A DNA stretch of 64,000 bases from Spirochaetota bacterium (GCA_963663865.1 OY760686.1:832001-896000); one strand, 5' to 3'; shown: positions 9,507-22,531, counted from the stretch's first letter. Notes: generated by a model not told the origin, from the letters alone. Translations and numbers: made by a program.

Positions 9507-10403
9507 ATGATAAAAACTTGGATGCCAGCAGCCATAGTATTTGCTGTAGCGATGATTCTTTCAGCCGGCTGTACACCAGCTAATACTCAGGTTAAAAACC
9601 AGGGATTTGATAATACAACGCCCGTTTCAGCTCAAAACGGATATGAGGAGAGGTCCTATGATTTCTCCGGCAGTGAAAGGCAGGAAGAGCCGGCGAGCAG
9701 TTCCATTATCAGCAGCGGGAAAGAAAACCAATCAGCTGACAATTCATCGGCTTCGTATACGCAGGCGGATAGAGCTGAACCCTTTTTCCAGAAAGGACTT
9801 GCTTCGTGGTATGGAAGGGAGTTTGACGGTAAAATCACGGCCTCAGGCGAACTGTTTAACATGAATGACTTTACAGCGGCGCATAAGACACTTCCATTCG
9901 GGACTGTTGTTGAGGTTAAAAATATTGACACCGGAAAAACTGTCCGTGCCAGGATTAATGACAGGGGGCCATATAAGGGAAGCAGAATAATTGATCTGTC
10001 TCATGGGGCCGCAAGGCAAATTGGAATTCTTCAGGCCGGTGAGGCGATGGTCGGTGTCCGGATAATAAAGAACGGAAACGGAGCGGTTCAAGCGTCTTCG
10101 CAGTCCGAAGCACGCAATGTTGAGGCTTCAAATTCGTATTCCAGCGGCGGATTTGTATCAGATTACAAAGAAAGCTCAGCAGGCAGCTATTCGCTTCAGG
10201 CCGGGGCGTTCTATTCAATTAATAACGCTACGGCGCTAAAAGAGAGAGTCGAGGCTTTGACGGGCGGTACAGTCAGGGTTGTCAGTGAAGGATACCTGCA
10301 TAAAGTTCGGATTGAAGGGATTGCAAGCCGGACTGAGGCCGATAACTTTAAAAGAAGATTGAGCAGTGAAGATATTCCTTCATTTGTTATAGAAAACAGA
10401 TAG
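9507..10403 (+). CDS. rlpA: Septal ring lytic transglycosylase RlpA lipoprotein with SPOR domain
   Basis: Lipobox SAGC, GLASWYG, TASGE, TAAHKTLPFGT, RINDRGP, IIDLS; C-terminal LQAGAF SPOR domain. Confidence 0.93.
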   Translation: MIKTWMPAAIVFAVAMILSAGCTPANTQVKNQGFDNTTPVSAQNGYEERSYDFSGSERQEEPASSSIISSGKENQSADNSSASYTQADRAEPFFQKGLASWYGREFDGKITASGELFNMNDFTAAHKTLPFGTVVEVKNIDTGKTVRARINDRGPYKGSRIIDLSHGAARQIGILQAGEAMVGVRIIKNGNGAVQASSQSEARNVEASNSYSSGGFVSDYKESSAGSYSLQAGAFYSINNATALKERVEALTGGTVRVVSEGYLHKVRIEGIASRTEADNFKRRLSSEDIPSFVIENR

Positions 10404-10427
10404 ATATTAGAAAATAATACTTATATT

Positions 10428-10459
10428 GAGGATGCCGTTTGCTGCGGTGTCCTCTTTAT
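10428..10459 (+). terminator. Rho-independent terminator after rlpA
   Basis: Stem GAGGATGCCGT / GCGGTGTCCTC followed by TTTAT. Confidence 0.6.
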
Positions 10460-10548
10460 CTATAAACCCTGCGTTTAATCAAGGAAATGCAAACGTGCGT
10501 TTCAGAGATAATTAGGTTGAAAAAATCACATCAAAAGCTGAAATATAT

Positions 10549-10576
10549 TTGACAATTGCGGGGTGATTTTTAGAAT
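10549..10576 (+). promoter_or_regulatory. Sigma70 promoter for tRNA-Thr and the downstream cluster
   Basis: TTGACA (10549-10554), N16, TAGAAT (10571-10576). Confidence 0.7.
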
Positions 10577-10600
10577 CAAACTCTGTTTCATCCCTCACTG

Positions 10601-10673
10601 GCCCACGTAGCTCAGTCGGTAGAGCGTTAGCATGGTAAGCTAAAGGTCACCAGTTCGATTCTGGTCGTGGGCT
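10601..10673 (+). tRNA. tRNA-Thr (anticodon GGT)
   Basis: Acceptor stem GCCCACG/CGTGGGC, anticodon arm TTAGC-ATGGTAA-GCTAA, T loop AGTTCGATTCT; CCA not encoded. Confidence 0.95.
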
Positions 10674-10736
10674 CAATGCGTTTAATCGTTTAATAGTGAT
10701 TGAGTTCCGCAGGAGCGGTTTTTTCTATAAAAGTTC

Positions 10737-10764
10737 TTGACTGGATAGGGTTAAATAATAGTTT
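10737..10764 (+). promoter_or_regulatory. Possible promoter for rpmG-secE-nusG
   Basis: TTGACT, N16, TAGTTT. Confidence 0.35.
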
Positions 10765-10800
10765 GCACTGACCTTAATACCGTCAAAGGTAGGATTACAT

Positions 10801-10953
10801 ATGCGCGATATAATATTGTTGGCTTGCGGCGAGTGCAAAAGAAAGAATTACTCGCTGACAAAAAACAAAAAGACTCAAACCGGAAAGATGGAAGTCAAGA
10901 AGTACTGTAAATTCTGTGACAAACATACTCTTCATAAAGAGACTAAGGCTTAA
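10801..10953 (+). CDS. rpmG: 50S ribosomal protein L33 (Zn-ribbon type; not in ORF track)
   Basis: Hand translation [50 protein letters not shown]. Confidence 0.96.
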   Translation: MRDIILLACGECKRKNYSLTKNKKTQTGKMEVKKYCKFCDKHTLHKETKA

Positions 10954-10967
10954 TATTAACGGTTCGG

Positions 10968-11159
10968 GTGAACGATGTGAAGAAAGCTATCCAATTTCTA
11001 AAAGAAGCAAAGGGCGAAATGAAGAAGGTGACCTGGCCTGATCGTGATGAGGTTACCAGTTATACCGGAGTTGTCGTTGTTGCTGTTGTGATTATTTCAG
11101 TGTTTCTCTGGTTTGTTGATACGTCTTTGATGTCACTGGTGAAAATGGTGTTGAAATAG
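10968..11159 (+). CDS. secE: Preprotein translocase subunit SecE
   Basis: EMKKVTWP plus one TM helix; between rpmG and nusG. Confidence 0.95.
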   Translation: MNDVKKAIQFLKEAKGEMKKVTWPDRDEVTSYTGVVVVAVVIISVFLWFVDTSLMSLVKMVLK

Positions 11160-11162
11160 CCT

Positions 11163-11705
11163 ATGGCACGCGAGTGGTACGTCATTCATACGTTTTCAGG
11201 ACATGAAAACAAGGTAAAAGCGACAATAGAGAAGAAAGTTGAAGCGCTGGGGTGGCAGGAACTTATCTCTCAGGTGAAGGTTCCAACTCTTGAGGTTTCA
11301 GAAACCAAGGGCGGCAAAAAGAAGGTCGTCTCAAAGAAGATTTTCCCGAGTTATGTGCTTGTTGAAATGGAGTTGAACGACGAGACATGGAGTCTTGTAA
11401 AGGCTGTTCCCAGTGTGACGAATTTTGTCGGGGCGCTCGGAACCAGCAAGCCGAAACCGTTGTCAAGGGAAGAGGTTAATTCGCTTTTTGACAAAATGGG
11501 CGAACAAAAGGTTCGTGAAAAGGCTTCTTTTGTGCCTGAGTTTAGCGTTGGTGAGCATGTGAAAGTTGTAGATGGGCCATTCGGCAACTTCACCGGGGTT
11601 GTTGAAGAGGTTTACGCCGACAAAGGCCGTTTGAGGGTCAAGGTTGAGATTTTCGGCAGGGGTACTCCTGTTGAACTTGATTTCTCGCAGGTCGGAAGAA
11701 TTTGA
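11163..11705 (+). CDS. nusG: Transcription antitermination factor NusG
   Basis: WYVIHTFSGHENKV, KOW domain DGPF...IFGRGTPVEL. Confidence 0.97.
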   Translation: MAREWYVIHTFSGHENKVKATIEKKVEALGWQELISQVKVPTLEVSETKGGKKKVVSKKIFPSYVLVEMELNDETWSLVKAVPSVTNFVGALGTSKPKPLSREEVNSLFDKMGEQKVREKASFVPEFSVGEHVKVVDGPFGNFTGVVEEVYADKGRLRVKVEIFGRGTPVELDFSQVGRI

Positions 11706-11730
11706 AATAATATAGTTGTTGAGGATTATA

Positions 11731-12165
11731 ATGGCACCTAAAAAGAAAAAAGTAGTTACAGAGATCAAGCTTCAAATCCCGGGAGGGCAAGCTAACCCTG
11801 CACCTCCGGTTGGTCCAGCTCTGGGTCAGCATGGTCTCAATATAATGGAGTTTTGCAAGGCCTTCAATGAAAGAACGAAAGATCAGATGGGGACTGTTCT
11901 CCCGATAGTTATCTCCGTTTATGAGGACAGGACGTATACCTTTATTGTTAAAACTCCGCCAGCGACAGTGCTTATCAAGAAGGCTCTTGGTCTAACTTCA
12001 GGATCAAAAGAACCTCAGAAGACGAAAGTTGGTAAAATTACAAGAGCACAGCTGAGAGACATTGCAGCTTTGAAAATGCCTGACCTAAATGCTAACGATA
12101 TAGAAGCTGCGGCAAACATTATCGGCGGATCAGCTCATTCAATGGGCGTTGATGTAGTCGATTGA
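11731..12165 (+). CDS. rplK: 50S ribosomal protein L11
   Basis: [15 protein letters not shown]; start at ATG 11731. Confidence 0.98.
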   Translation: MAPKKKKVVTEIKLQIPGGQANPAPPVGPALGQHGLNIMEFCKAFNERTKDQMGTVLPIVISVYEDRTYTFIVKTPPATVLIKKALGLTSGSKEPQKTKVGKITRAQLRDIAALKMPDLNANDIEAAANIIGGSAHSMGVDVVD

Positions 12166-12203
12166 GATAATACTGCTAACAACAATAGGAGTTCTGTTAT
12201 AAA

Positions 12204-12887
12204 ATGAAACGTGGAAAAAAGATAAAAGAAGCCCGTGCCAGAGTAGACAAAGCAAATCTCTACGAACTTGAAAATGCAGTTCAGCTGATGAAGGAGCTCA
12301 AGTTTTCTAAGTTTGATGAGTCAATAGATATCGCGATCAAGCTTGTACACAAAAGCTATCAAAACATTCGCGGTTCTGTTGTTCTGCCAGCGGGAACAGG
12401 AAAGGATAAAAAAGTACTTGTTATCTGTAAAGGCGACAAACAGAAAGAGGCTCTCGAAGCAGGAGCAGACTATGTTGGTGCTGAAGAGATAGTTGAGAAA
12501 ATACTTGGCGGCTGGGTAGATTATCAGGCTGTAGTCGCTACTCCCGATATGATGAAGCATGTTGGAAAACTTGGTCCGGTGCTTGGCCGAAAGGGTCTTA
12601 TGCCAAAACCAAAGTCAGGTACAGTTACTGATGACGTCAAGGGTATTGTGAAAGAGCTTAAGGGCGGAAGGGTTGAGTATAAGGCCGACAAGACTGGAGT
12701 TGTTCACATGGGCATAGGTAAGCTGGCCTTTGATGATGCTTCAATTGTTGGAAATGTTTCCGCTTTTTACAATCAAATCGTTAGGGATAAGCCGGCCGAG
12801 GCGAAAGGAAACTATATCAAATCAGTGCATATAAGCTCTACCATGGGCCCCGGTATCAAAATCAATCATAAGGGGATAGTCAAGTAA
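12204..12887 (+). CDS. rplA: 50S ribosomal protein L1
   Basis: [23 protein letters not shown]. Confidence 0.98.
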   Translation: MKRGKKIKEARARVDKANLYELENAVQLMKELKFSKFDESIDIAIKLVHKSYQNIRGSVVLPAGTGKDKKVLVICKGDKQKEALEAGADYVGAEEIVEKILGGWVDYQAVVATPDMMKHVGKLGPVLGRKGLMPKPKSGTVTDDVKGIVKELKGGRVEYKADKTGVVHMGIGKLAFDDASIVGNVSAFYNQIVRDKPAEAKGNYIKSVHISSTMGPGIKINHKGIVK

Positions 12888-13402
12888 TGGTTAAACAGTA
12901 TAAAATTGACGAAGTGCAAATTCTTCTTTCTATCCTAAAGGAGAGGAGAAATATTATTCTGACAAATTACTCCGGCACTCAGGTAAAAAATCTCAGTATT
13001 TTGAGAAGAAAACTTCGAGACAAAAATGCAGAGTATAAAGTCGTAAAAAATAATCTTCTAAAGCGTGCCCTGAAAGAGGCTGGATATGAGGGAGTTGATG
13101 AGTATATAAAAGGCCCTCTTGGTATAGCTTTTGTCGATACTGAAATCGGTGAGGTGGCAAAGGTTTTAAAAGAGTTTGCCGCTGAAAATGAGAAGTTTAG
13201 CTTTACAGCTGGATATCTCGATGATGTGCTTTATAATGAGGGTGAGGTAAAAAGAATTGCCGAATTGCCTTCAAAAGAAGCTCTTCTTGCCCAGATCATG
13301 TCGCTTATCAATGGGCCAACAAGAGGAATTGCAGTCGGTGCAAATCAGATTATGGCATCTTTAGCTCGTGGAATCAAAGCAGTCGCAGAGAAGAACGCAT
13401 AA
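12887..13402 (+). CDS. rplJ: 50S ribosomal protein L10
   Basis: VVKNNL, LPSKEALLAQ; TAATG overlap with rplA. Confidence 0.95.
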   Translation: MVKQYKIDEVQILLSILKERRNIILTNYSGTQVKNLSILRRKLRDKNAEYKVVKNNLLKRALKEAGYEGVDEYIKGPLGIAFVDTEIGEVAKVLKEFAAENEKFSFTAGYLDDVLYNEGEVKRIAELPSKEALLAQIMSLINGPTRGIAVGANQIMASLARGIKAVAEKNA

Positions 13403-13564
13403 TTTATTATCAGCATAACGGGTAAGAAGTTCTTACTAAAAGATATATGAGGGCGTAGAGTTTTACTGTCTGTCAGCAGACGGAAAAAATTTCAGCCTTT
13501 ATAGGTTTTTACAGCATGTCTGTATTAACTTGAAGAAATTCACTAAGTATAAAGGAGTTTAAAA

Positions 13565-13945
13565 ATGGCAAAGATGTCAACAGAAGAAATGCTTGAGGCG
13601 ATTGGAAGCCTGACACTTCTTGAAGCCGCAGAGCTTGTAAAAGCTATGGAAGAGAAGTTTGGAATTTCAGCCGCAGCACCAGTAGCTGTTGCAGCCGCAG
13701 CAGGCGGGGCACCAGCAGAAGCAGCAGAAGAAAAAACAGAGTTTGATGTAATTCTTACTGGATTCGGCGACGCTAAAGTTGCTGTTATCAAAGAGGTAAG
13801 GGAAATCACAGGACTCGGACTAAAAGAAGCTAAAGAGCTTGTTGAAGCAGGCGGAAAAGCTGTCAAAGAGAAAGTTTCTAAAGCTGATGCTGAAGAGATC
13901 AAGAAAAAACTTGAAGCAGCTGGAGCAACAGCTGAGATCAAGTAG
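13565..13945 (+). CDS. rplL: 50S ribosomal protein L7/L12
   Basis: [20 protein letters not shown]. Confidence 0.98.
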   Translation: MAKMSTEEMLEAIGSLTLLEAAELVKAMEEKFGISAAAPVAVAAAAGGAPAEAAEEKTEFDVILTGFGDAKVAVIKEVREITGLGLKEAKELVEAGGKAVKEKVSKADAEEIKKKLEAAGATAEIK

Positions 13946-13967
13946 TTAAAAAAGTAATTTTTTTAAA

Positions 13968-14013
13968 AAAAATCAATAGTTTTGGAGAAATAAATCCAGG
14001 GCTATTGATTTTT
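13968..14013 (+). terminator. Long hairpin (attenuator or processing site) between rplL and rpoB
   Basis: 19-bp stem AAAAATCAATAGTTTTGGA / TCCAGGGCTATTGATTTTT with 3 G-U pairs. Confidence 0.55.
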
Positions 14014-14111
14014 GTGCTTTATGCCTATAATTAACGTGCCCTGGAAGTAATGACCAAATAGAAAGAAAGCAATTATCCTTTTTATTAAATATCAAATAAG
14101 GTTAATAATCA

Positions 14112-17100
14112 ATGCAAGAAGGAAAAAAAGTAATTAACTTTGGCAAAGTAAAATCAAGTGTACAGCTGCCAAATTTGATTGATATTCAGTTGAAGTCTTA
14201 TGAGTGGTTTCTACAACGCGGAACCGGGAAAGTTAAAAGTCAGGGACTTCAGGCAGTATTTGAGGAAATATTTCCGATAGAAAGCCCGCATGAAGATGTT
14301 GTTTTGGAGTTTATCGATTACGAAATCGGTGTGCCTAAATATTCAGAAGTCGAATGCAAGGACAGGGACGTTACATACGCAGCTCCTTTAAAGGCTACAA
14401 TTCGCCTTATCAGAAAAGATACTATGGAAGTCCGGGAGCAGACTGTATATATGGGCGATATCCCGCTTATGACAAGGCGCGGGACATTCATTGTGAACGG
14501 TGCTGAGCGTGTTGTTGTTAATCAGCTCCATAGATCTCCGGGTATTTTCTTTTTCTACGATGAATCGGAAAGGGTATATAATTCCAGAGTTATTCCGGAC
14601 AGGGGTTCGTGGCTTGAGTTCGAAATGGATGCTAAGGGACACATCATATCCCGGATAGACAGGAAAAAGAAGTTTCCAGCTACCCTTCTTGTGAGAGCTT
14701 TAGGGTATGAAGAAAATGATGAAATTGTCGATCTATTCTATGAGTCAAAAACGGTTAAGCTAAAGTCGGAAGAAGACTATGACTCACTTAATGGAAGACG
14801 TATCTCAAAAGATATATTCAGCAAAGAAACTGGCGAAGTCATACTTGAAGTCGGAGATAGAATCAATATAGATGTAATAGACAGGATTCGGGAAGAGAAA
14901 GTTAAGGAAGTCAGGTTAATTGAGTTTCCAAATAATAAAGAAGACAGTTATCTGCGTGCTACTCTTGAGTTCGAGGGTGAGTTTATTAAGAAGAACCTCA
15001 AAGTTGAAAGTGATCATGACTTCAAAAAGTCCGAACTTGCAATTCTGACAATTCATGCACTAATGAGACCCGGAGAGCCTACAACAATAGACAATGCAAG
15101 GCTTGAATTTGAAAGGCTATTCTTTAATCCTAAAACATATTCTCTGGGTCCTGTGGGCCGGTATAAAATAAACAACAAGTTCGGTTCTTTTACAAAAGAT
15201 GATGTTCTTACTTCAAATGATATTATCAACACCATTCGTTATATTCTCTATCTCATTGCTGAGGCTGAAGGCTTCGAGGTAATGAGTAAAGACGCAGAGG
15301 GGAACGATGAAAAAAGGATGGTTCTTACTATAGTAGACGACATCGATCACCTTGGAAACAGGAGGATTCGTTCTGTCGGCGAACTGATAATGAACCAGAT
15401 TAAAGTCGGTTTTCAGAGAATGGAAAGAGTTATCAAAGAAAGGATGACTATTCAGGATCTCGATATTATTACACCTCAGGCTTTAATAAGTATAAAGCCT
15501 ATATCCGCAGTTATAAATGAATTTTTTGGATCGAGTCAGCTCTCTCAGTTTATGGATCAGACTAATCCTCTTGCGGAGTTAACTCATAAGAGAAGACTTA
15601 ACGCATTAGGTCCAGGCGGTCTGTCCCGAGAACGTGCAGGATTTGAGGTTCGAGATGTACATGCCTCTCATTATGGCAGAATGTGTCCCATTGAAACACC
15701 GGAAGGACCAAATATCGGTCTTATTGCTTCATTGAGTACTTTCGGCAGAATAAACGAATACGGATTTCTGGAAACGCCGTACCGCTATGTCAAAGATGGA
15801 AAGTTGACCGACAAGGTACACTATCTGACTGCAGATATAGAGGACAATTATTTTGTCGCTCAGGCGAATGAGGAAATTGCGGAAGACGGTTCATTTATCA
15901 AAGCGATGGTTCCGTGTCGGAACAGGGGGAACTTCCCATACAAAAAGCCTAAAGAGATTCAGTACATGGACGTTTCGCCTAACCAGGTGTTTTCAGTGTC
16001 AACATGTCTAATACCGTTTCTGGAGCATGATGACGCCAATAGGGCTTTGATGGGATCAAATATGCAGCGCCAGGCAGTTCCTCTCATGGTTGAGGAAGCA
16101 CCTCTTGTGGGTACTGGTCTTGAGACTCACGCGGCTTATGATTCCGGAGTTCTTGTTATAGCTGACAGAGCGGGTGAAGTTGTAACAGCCGATGCTGCTG
16201 TTGTTAGAGTAAAAACATCTTCGGGTGATATAGATGAATATCCTCTTTTAAAGTTCAAACGTACGAATCAGGGAACATGTTTTAATCAGAAGCCGATTGT
16301 GAAGGCAGGGCAGAAAGTTAAAGTCGGGGATGTTCTGGCTGATGGACCCTCGACTGACAATGGCAGGCTGGCTCTTGGAAAGAATGTCGTTGTGGCATTT
16401 ATGCCATGGATGGGATATAACTTCGAAGACTCAATTCTTCTCTCTGAGCGTCTCGTTGAAGAAGATGTTCTGACGTCAATACATGTTGAGCAGTTTGAAG
16501 TTGAAGCCAGGGAAACAAAGCTTGGCCGTGAAATCATTACCAGAGACATTCCGAACCTTAGTGAGAAGGCTTTCCGTGATCTGGATGCTGACGGTGTTGT
16601 CAGGGTGGGTGCGTATGTTAAGCCGGACGATATACTTGTCGGAAAGGTTACTCCAAAAGGTGAACAGGACCTGACGCCTGAATACAAACTGCTTCACTCT
16701 ATTTTTGGAGAAAAGGCACGGGAAGTTCGTGATACATCACTCAGAGTTCCCAACGGTGTTGAGGGTGTGGTAATAGATATTAAACGCTTTTCAAGGGAGA
16801 ACTCAGATGAGCTCTCGCCAGGGGTTGAAGAGCTTGTTAAAGTTTACATAGCAGATAAGAGAAAAATATCTGTTGGTGATAAAATAGCTGGAAGACACGG
16901 AAATAAAGGTGTTATATCAAGGATTTTACCAAGGTATGATATGCCTTATCTTCCAGATGGAACCCCTGTCGATATAGTCTTGAATCCGCTGGGAGTTCCT
17001 TCAAGGATGAATCTCGGACAGTTATTTGAAACTGAACTTGGGTGGGCCGCCAGTGAGCTGGGAGCTCTCATGGAAACCCCCATTTTTGACGGAGCAAATG

Positions 17101-17642
17101 AAGATGAAATAAGACAGCATCTTGAGAAAGCCGGGCTGCCGGTGGATTCAAAATCTGTATTATATGACGGTCGAACAGGTGAAGCCTTCGAAGAAAGGGT
17201 TATGGTTGGGCATGTTTATATGCTTAAGCTTGCTCACATGGTTGATGACAAGATACACGCAAGATCTACGGGGCCATACTCACTTGTTACGCAGCAACCA
17301 CTTGGCGGAAAGGCTCAGTTCGGAGGCCAGAGGCTGGGAGAGATGGAGGTCTGGGCACTTGAAGCATACGGTGCGGCATATACTCTGCAGGAACTTCTGA
17401 CTGTTAAATCAGATGATATGCTCGGACGAGCGAGAATATATGAAGCCATTGTTAAGGGAATTAATACGACATCACCTGGAATACCGGAGTCATTTAATGT
17501 TCTTATTCAGGAACTGAGAGGTCTGGCGCTTGACGTGAGAATTTATGACGATTCAGGTGAGGAAATTGGACTTTCCGAGTGGAGTGAAGGTTTCAGTAAG
17601 TCAAAAAAACGTATAAAAATAGATAGTCTTGAAAATAAATAG
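14112..17642 (+). CDS. rpoB: RNA polymerase beta subunit
   Basis: [43 protein letters not shown]. Confidence 0.99.
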   Translation: MQEGKKVINFGKVKSSVQLPNLIDIQLKSYEWFLQRGTGKVKSQGLQAVFEEIFPIESPHEDVVLEFIDYEIGVPKYSEVECKDRDVTYAAPLKATIRLIRKDTMEVREQTVYMGDIPLMTRRGTFIVNGAERVVVNQLHRSPGIFFFYDESERVYNSRVIPDRGSWLEFEMDAKGHIISRIDRKKKFPATLLVRALGYEENDEIVDLFYESKTVKLKSEEDYDSLNGRRISKDIFSKETGEVILEVGDRINIDVIDRIREEKVKEVRLIEFPNNKEDSYLRATLEFEGEFIKKNLKVESDHDFKKSELAILTIHALMRPGEPTTIDNARLEFERLFFNPKTYSLGPVGRYKINNKFGSFTKDDVLTSNDIINTIRYILYLIAEAEGFEVMSKDAEGNDEKRMVLTIVDDIDHLGNRRIRSVGELIMNQIKVGFQRMERVIKERMTIQDLDIITPQALISIKPISAVINEFFGSSQLSQFMDQTNPLAELTHKRRLNALGPGGLSRERAGFEVRDVHASHYGRMCPIETPEGPNIGLIASLSTFGRINEYGFLETPYRYVKDGKLTDKVHYLTADIEDNYFVAQANEEIAEDGSFIKAMVPCRNRGNFPYKKPKEIQYMDVSPNQVFSVSTCLIPFLEHDDANRALMGSNMQRQAVPLMVEEAPLVGTGLETHAAYDSGVLVIADRAGEVVTADAAVVRVKTSSGDIDEYPLLKFKRTNQGTCFNQKPIVKAGQKVKVGDVLADGPSTDNGRLALGKNVVVAFMPWMGYNFEDSILLSERLVEEDVLTSIHVEQFEVEARETKLGREIITRDIPNLSEKAFRDLDADGVVRVGAYVKPDDILVGKVTPKGEQDLTPEYKLLHSIFGEKAREVRDTSLRVPNGVEGVVIDIKRFSRENSDELSPGVEELVKVYIADKRKISVGDKIAGRHGNKGVISRILPRYDMPYLPDGTPVDIVLNPLGVPSRMNLGQLFETELGWAASELGALMETPIFDGANEDEIRQHLEKAGLPVDSKSVLYDGRTGEAFEERVMVGHVYMLKLAHMVDDKIHARSTGPYSLVTQQPLGGKAQFGGQRLGEMEVWALEAYGAAYTLQELLTVKSDDMLGRARIYEAIVKGINTTSPGIPESFNVLIQELRGLALDVRIYDDSGEEIGLSEWSEGFSKSKKRIKIDSLENK

Positions 17643-17702
17643 AACTGTCTTTATATGAATGGCTGAAATGCCTTATAAAATCATAAAACGTAAGGAAAAA
17701 AA

Positions 17703-20700
17703 ATGAGGGACTTTAACGATTTTAGCTCAATGCAGATCAAACTCGCCTCTCCAGACCTTATCAGGGAATGGTCATACGGTGAGGTTAAAAAACCTGAAAC
17801 GATAAACTACAGGACATTAAAGCCTGAAAGAGATGGACTTTTCTGCGAAAAAATCTTTGGTACTACCAAGGAATGGGAGTGTTATTGCGGAAAATTCAAA
17901 TCTATCAGGTACAAGGGTGTTGTGTGTGATCGATGCGGGGTAGAGGTTACCCACTATAAGGTAAGGCGCGAAAGAAGCGGACATATAGAGCTTGCTACTC
18001 CTGTTGCTCATATATGGTATTATCGGTCTGTTCCATCCAGGATGGGATTACTGCTTAATATAACAGTAAACTCACTCAAAGCTGTTTTGTACTATGAGAA
18101 GTATATTGTTCTCGATCCAGGTGAAGCAGAAGTTGAAGATATTAAACGCAGTGATGTAATAGACGAAGAAACATATAACAATCTCTACGACAAATATGGT
18201 GATACTTTTGTAGCTTCGATGGGAGCTGAGGCGATAAAAGAACTTCTGCTTTCAATTGACCTTGATGAAGAATCAAGGCTGCTCAGAGCAGAGATTCACG
18301 CTAAATCGGCCAAAGAAGTAAAGATTGATAAAAAGCTTATTAAGAGGCTTGAAATAATTGAGTCATTTAAAGAATCAGGCAACAAGCCAGAGTGGATGGT
18401 TCTTGATGTAGTGCCGGTAATTCCACCTGAGCTAAGACCGATGGTACAGTTGGATGGTGGGCGCTTTGCAACTTCTGATTTGAACGATCTTTATCGAAGA
18501 GTAATCAATAGAAATAATAGGCTTAAGCGTCTTCTTATGCTTAGGGCCCCTGAAATAATAGTAAGGAATGAAAAGCGAATGCTGCAGGAGGCTGTTGATG
18601 CCCTTTTTGACAACAGCCGTCGTAAGAGAGCTGTAAAAGGAAAGGGAAACAGACCTTTGAAATCACTTTCCGATATGCTCAAAGGTAAACAGGGAAGGTT
18701 CCGTCAGAACCTACTCGGTAAACGGGTAGACTATTCAGGGCGTTCAGTTATTGTTGTAGGCCCAAGCTTAAAGCTATACCAATGTGGACTTCCTAAAAAA
18801 ATGGCTGTAGAACTTTTTAAGCCATTCATCATGAAGAGGCTTGTAGATAAGGATTATGTTCAAAATATAAAATCTGCAAAAAAAATGGTGGAGAACGAGA
18901 AAAATGAGGTTTGGGAGGTTCTTGAGGATGTTATATCGGAACATCCTGTGCTGTTGAATCGTGCTCCAACCCTTCACCGTCTTGGTATTCAGGCATTTGA
19001 ACCTGTTCTTGTTGAAGGTAAGGCTATTAAGCTTCATCCTCTTGTATGTCATGCTTATAATGCAGACTTTGACGGCGATCAGATGGCTGTTCACGTGCCG
19101 CTTTCGCCTCGAGCACAACTTGAGTGCTGGACATTAATGCTGTCGACAAACAACCTGCTTTCTCCAGCGAATGGTCATCCCGTAGTTTCTCCGAGCCAGG
19201 ACATCGTACTGGGTATCTATTACCTCACAAATATGGTAGAGGGTGATGCGAATGAGGGGAAATACTTCGATGATATTGTCGAAGTAAACAGAGCCGTTGA
19301 TTTTGGACAAATACATCTCAGGACAAAGATTAATTATCTTATGGGAGATGAATTTATTGAAACAACGGCAGGCCGCCTGATTTTTAATTCAATTCTTCCT
19401 GAAGGTTATCCTTTTATAAATCATGTAGTGGGGGATAAAGATATTTCAAAGATCATAGCGAAGGTTTTGCGCGAAAGTGGACCTGATGTTACGGTTAAAA
19501 TGCTTGATGCTATCAAAGAGAATGGATATTTTTACGCTACCCGTTTCGCCCCGACTATATCAATTTCAGATATTATTGTCCCGGATCTAAAAAAAGAGAT
19601 CATTGCTCTGGAAGATAAAAAAGTTGAGTCAATTGAGACTGAATACCGCAATGGATTCATTACTGATGAGGAACGTTATAATCGAATCGTTAACCTGTGG
19701 ACTAACACAAATGAGGTTATCGCTGATAAGATGTTTGAAAATCTTGCAACCAATTATGGCAATCTAAACCCGATTTTTGCTATGGCTCAATCAGGAGCCC
19801 GGGGAAGTAAACAGCAAATACGACAGCTTGCCGGAATGAGGGGCTTAATGGCTAAGCCAAGCGGAGAGATTATTGAGGTTCCTATCCGATCAAACTTTAA
19901 AGAAGGTCTTAATGTTCTTGAGTATTTCATTTCAACTAATGGAGCGCGAAAGGGACTTGCGGATACAGCTTTAAAAACGGCTGATGCTGGATATCTCACG
20001 AGAAGACTTGTCGATATTGCTCAGGACGTTGTTGTAGCGATAGAAGACTGCGGGACTTCAGTTGGAATAGATATTCACGCAATCAAGGAAGGCGATGATG
20101 TCATTGAATCTCTTGGTTCAAGAGCTCTGGGAAGAACGCTTTTATATGATTTGATTCACCCGGTTACAGGCAAAGTTGTAGCTCAGGCTGACAGTATTAT
20201 TGATGAAGAGCTTGCTGAGATGATAGACAGCCTGAATATAGACAGCATCGAGATAAGGTCTGTTCTGACTTGTGAGGCAAGGCATGGGGCCTGCGCTAAA
20301 TGTTACGGACGCAACCTTGCGACAGCCAGGCCGGTTGAACTTGGTGAGGCTGTAGGAATAATTGCAGCGCAGTCAATTGGACAGCCTGGTACTCAGCTGA
20401 CGATGAGAACTTTCCATATTGGCGGTATTGCCTCAAGAAGTGTTGAGGAAAGTGAAATTAAGATGAACTATCCTGTATATGTAAAGGATACCACATATAA
20501 GTCCATCAAGACAAAGGATAAAAAGACAATATCTGTCAGACGTGGTTACATGGTAGTTCAGAGGGTTATTATTAAGATGACCCTGAAAGGGGAGCCAGAG
20601 TTCAAATTCAATGACGGCGATAAGGTCTATGCCGGAGTAGTTATCGCGCAAAGTGCTGAAGAAGGCGATGTGATTGCGAAAAGCTCTGGTTATCTTAAGA

Positions 20701-21986
20701 TTGTCAAGAAGACAGTATATATTCTTGGAGATCCTCACTCAATTCCAATAAATATTGGAACAGAGATGTTCACAAAGTCAGATAAATTCCATGAGATGAA
20801 TGAAGTCCTAGCTACATTTGATCCATGGTTTGAACCGATACTAACTGAAATCGCTGGAGCGGTTGAGTTTATTGATATTGAGCTAAATAAAAGCTTGAAG
20901 GAAGAGATTGATGTAACCTCAAATGTTTCGAAACGTGTTATAGTTGAATACAAAACAGAAAAGCTTCAACCACGTATTAATATCAACATTCCCAACGGAG
21001 AACCACTGACGTACCTTCTGCCTAAAGGAGCTCACCTCATGGTAGAAAACGGTGCAAAAGTAGAGGCGGGAGTAGTCCTGGCCAAGATACCGAGGGGAGC
21101 TGCTAAAACAAAGGATATTACAGGAGGTCTTCCGAGGGTTGCTGAGCTGTTTGAAGCGAGGACTCCGAAGGATTCTGCTACCCTTACGGCGATTGATGGT
21201 ACAATATCGATTGGAGACACTGTCAAAAACAAGAGGAAAATCCTTGTTGAAGGTCAGGATGGCAATCAGAAGGAATACTCAATACCTGTTTCAAAGTTCT
21301 TGAGGGTTCAGGACGGAGATTGGATCGTAAAAGGGGAAAAAATTGATGACGGCCCTGTTGATCCACACGAAATTCTTAGAATCAAAGGACCGAGAGAATT
21401 ACAGAAGTTTCTTGTCAATGAGATTCAGGAAGTATACAGGCTGCAGGGTGTTGCTATCAATGATAAGCATATAGAGGTAATAGTCAGACAGATGCTGAGA
21501 AAGGTTAAGGTTACCGAACAAGGAGATTCAAACTTTGTAATTGAACAAATTATCGATAAGTTTGAATTCATTGAAGAAAATGACAGAGTCGCAAAAGAAG
21601 GTGGAAAGCCAGCTACCGCAATCCCTGTTCTTATGGGTATAACGAAAGCTGCACTTAACACTGAGTCTTTTGTCTCAGCGGCTTCATTCCAGGAAACTAC
21701 CAGGGTCTTGACAGATGCGGCTATTAAAGGAAAAGTTGACCAGCTAAGAGGCTTAAAGGAAAACGTTATTATAGGTCATTTAATACCAGCGGGAACGGGC
21801 GTCAGGGAATACAGCAGTGTCGAAGTGTTTCAGAATGAGCCCGGTGATTTGGATGTCTCTCATGAAGAAGAATCTGAAGAACCGAATCTCATTGAAGATA
21901 CTGTTCCGGAACCACAGCCAGCTCATAAGATTTTTCGAAGTGAAAGCGCTGAGGATTTAGATGCATTGGATTTTAATGAGGATTAG
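17703..21986 (+). CDS. rpoC: RNA polymerase beta' subunit
   Basis: NADFDGD, Zn-finger cysteines, [19 protein letters not shown]. Confidence 0.99.
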   Translation: MRDFNDFSSMQIKLASPDLIREWSYGEVKKPETINYRTLKPERDGLFCEKIFGTTKEWECYCGKFKSIRYKGVVCDRCGVEVTHYKVRRERSGHIELATPVAHIWYYRSVPSRMGLLLNITVNSLKAVLYYEKYIVLDPGEAEVEDIKRSDVIDEETYNNLYDKYGDTFVASMGAEAIKELLLSIDLDEESRLLRAEIHAKSAKEVKIDKKLIKRLEIIESFKESGNKPEWMVLDVVPVIPPELRPMVQLDGGRFATSDLNDLYRRVINRNNRLKRLLMLRAPEIIVRNEKRMLQEAVDALFDNSRRKRAVKGKGNRPLKSLSDMLKGKQGRFRQNLLGKRVDYSGRSVIVVGPSLKLYQCGLPKKMAVELFKPFIMKRLVDKDYVQNIKSAKKMVENEKNEVWEVLEDVISEHPVLLNRAPTLHRLGIQAFEPVLVEGKAIKLHPLVCHAYNADFDGDQMAVHVPLSPRAQLECWTLMLSTNNLLSPANGHPVVSPSQDIVLGIYYLTNMVEGDANEGKYFDDIVEVNRAVDFGQIHLRTKINYLMGDEFIETTAGRLIFNSILPEGYPFINHVVGDKDISKIIAKVLRESGPDVTVKMLDAIKENGYFYATRFAPTISISDIIVPDLKKEIIALEDKKVESIETEYRNGFITDEERYNRIVNLWTNTNEVIADKMFENLATNYGNLNPIFAMAQSGARGSKQQIRQLAGMRGLMAKPSGEIIEVPIRSNFKEGLNVLEYFISTNGARKGLADTALKTADAGYLTRRLVDIAQDVVVAIEDCGTSVGIDIHAIKEGDDVIESLGSRALGRTLLYDLIHPVTGKVVAQADSIIDEELAEMIDSLNIDSIEIRSVLTCEARHGACAKCYGRNLATARPVELGEAVGIIAAQSIGQPGTQLTMRTFHIGGIASRSVEESEIKMNYPVYVKDTTYKSIKTKDKKTISVRRGYMVVQRVIIKMTLKGEPEFKFNDGDKVYAGVVIAQSAEEGDVIAKSSGYLKIVKKTVYILGDPHSIPINIGTEMFTKSDKFHEMNEVLATFDPWFEPILTEIAGAVEFIDIELNKSLKEEIDVTSNVSKRVIVEYKTEKLQPRININIPNGEPLTYLLPKGAHLMVENGAKVEAGVVLAKIPRGAAKTKDITGGLPRVAELFEARTPKDSATLTAIDGTISIGDTVKNKRKILVEGQDGNQKEYSIPVSKFLRVQDGDWIVKGEKIDDGPVDPHEILRIKGPRELQKFLVNEIQEVYRLQGVAINDKHIEVIVRQMLRKVKVTEQGDSNFVIEQIIDKFEFIEENDRVAKEGGKPATAIPVLMGITKAALNTESFVSAASFQETTRVLTDAAIKGKVDQLRGLKENVIIGHLIPAGTGVREYSSVEVFQNEPGDLDVSHEEESEEPNLIEDTVPEPQPAHKIFRSESAEDLDALDFNED

Positions 21987-22129
21987 ATGTAAAAAATTAC
22001 TGAATAAAGCTGTAAAAAGATAATTGCTTGACAAAAAATGTGCTAAAGAAAGCAATTTACAATAAGTAAAGATTTATATCTGAATAAACATAAAGACGAA
22101 ATAATATTCACAAAGACATAGGAGTCGAG

Positions 22130-22504
22130 ATGCCAACAATTAACCAGCTAATTAAAAAAGGCAGAAGCGTAAAGATCAAAAAATCAAAATCACCAGCGCT
22201 ACAGCAGTCTCCTCAAAAGAGAGGGGTTTGTACTAGGGTAATGACTTTTACCCCGAAAAAGCCGAACTCAGCTTTGAGGAAAGTTGCCAGGGTAAGATTG
22301 TCTAATGGAATTGAGGTTACAGCTTATATTCCGGGAGTTGGACACAATTTGCAGGAACACTCTGCGGTTTTAATAAGGGGCGGACGTGTAAAAGACCTTC
22401 CAGGTGTTCGTTACCATATTATCAGGGGTACATTGGATTCTCTGGGAGTTGCTGATAGACGGAAAAGCCGATCGAAGTACGGCGCTAAAAGGCCTAAGGC
22501 TTAA
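22130..22504 (+). CDS. rpsL: 30S ribosomal protein S12
   Basis: [22 protein letters not shown]. Confidence 0.99.
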   Translation: MPTINQLIKKGRSVKIKKSKSPALQQSPQKRGVCTRVMTFTPKKPNSALRKVARVRLSNGIEVTAYIPGVGHNLQEHSAVLIRGGRVKDLPGVRYHIIRGTLDSLGVADRRKSRSKYGAKRPKA

Positions 22505-22531
22505 TTATAACACATAAATGAGGATTTAAAA

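Noticed and set aside
13543-13941. Antisense ORFs over rplL and over rpoB, rpoC, tuf, groEL and other conserved genes
   Set aside because: Shadow frames of strongly conserved genes, with no RBS or recognisable motifs
14112-21986. Inteins, splits or frameshifts in rpoB/rpoC
   Set aside because: Lengths and motifs are normal and both frames are continuous
22028-22063. TTGACA...TACAAT promoter upstream of rpsL
   Set aside because: The 24-nt spacing is too long and no good -10 sits at 16-18 nt, so it was not called
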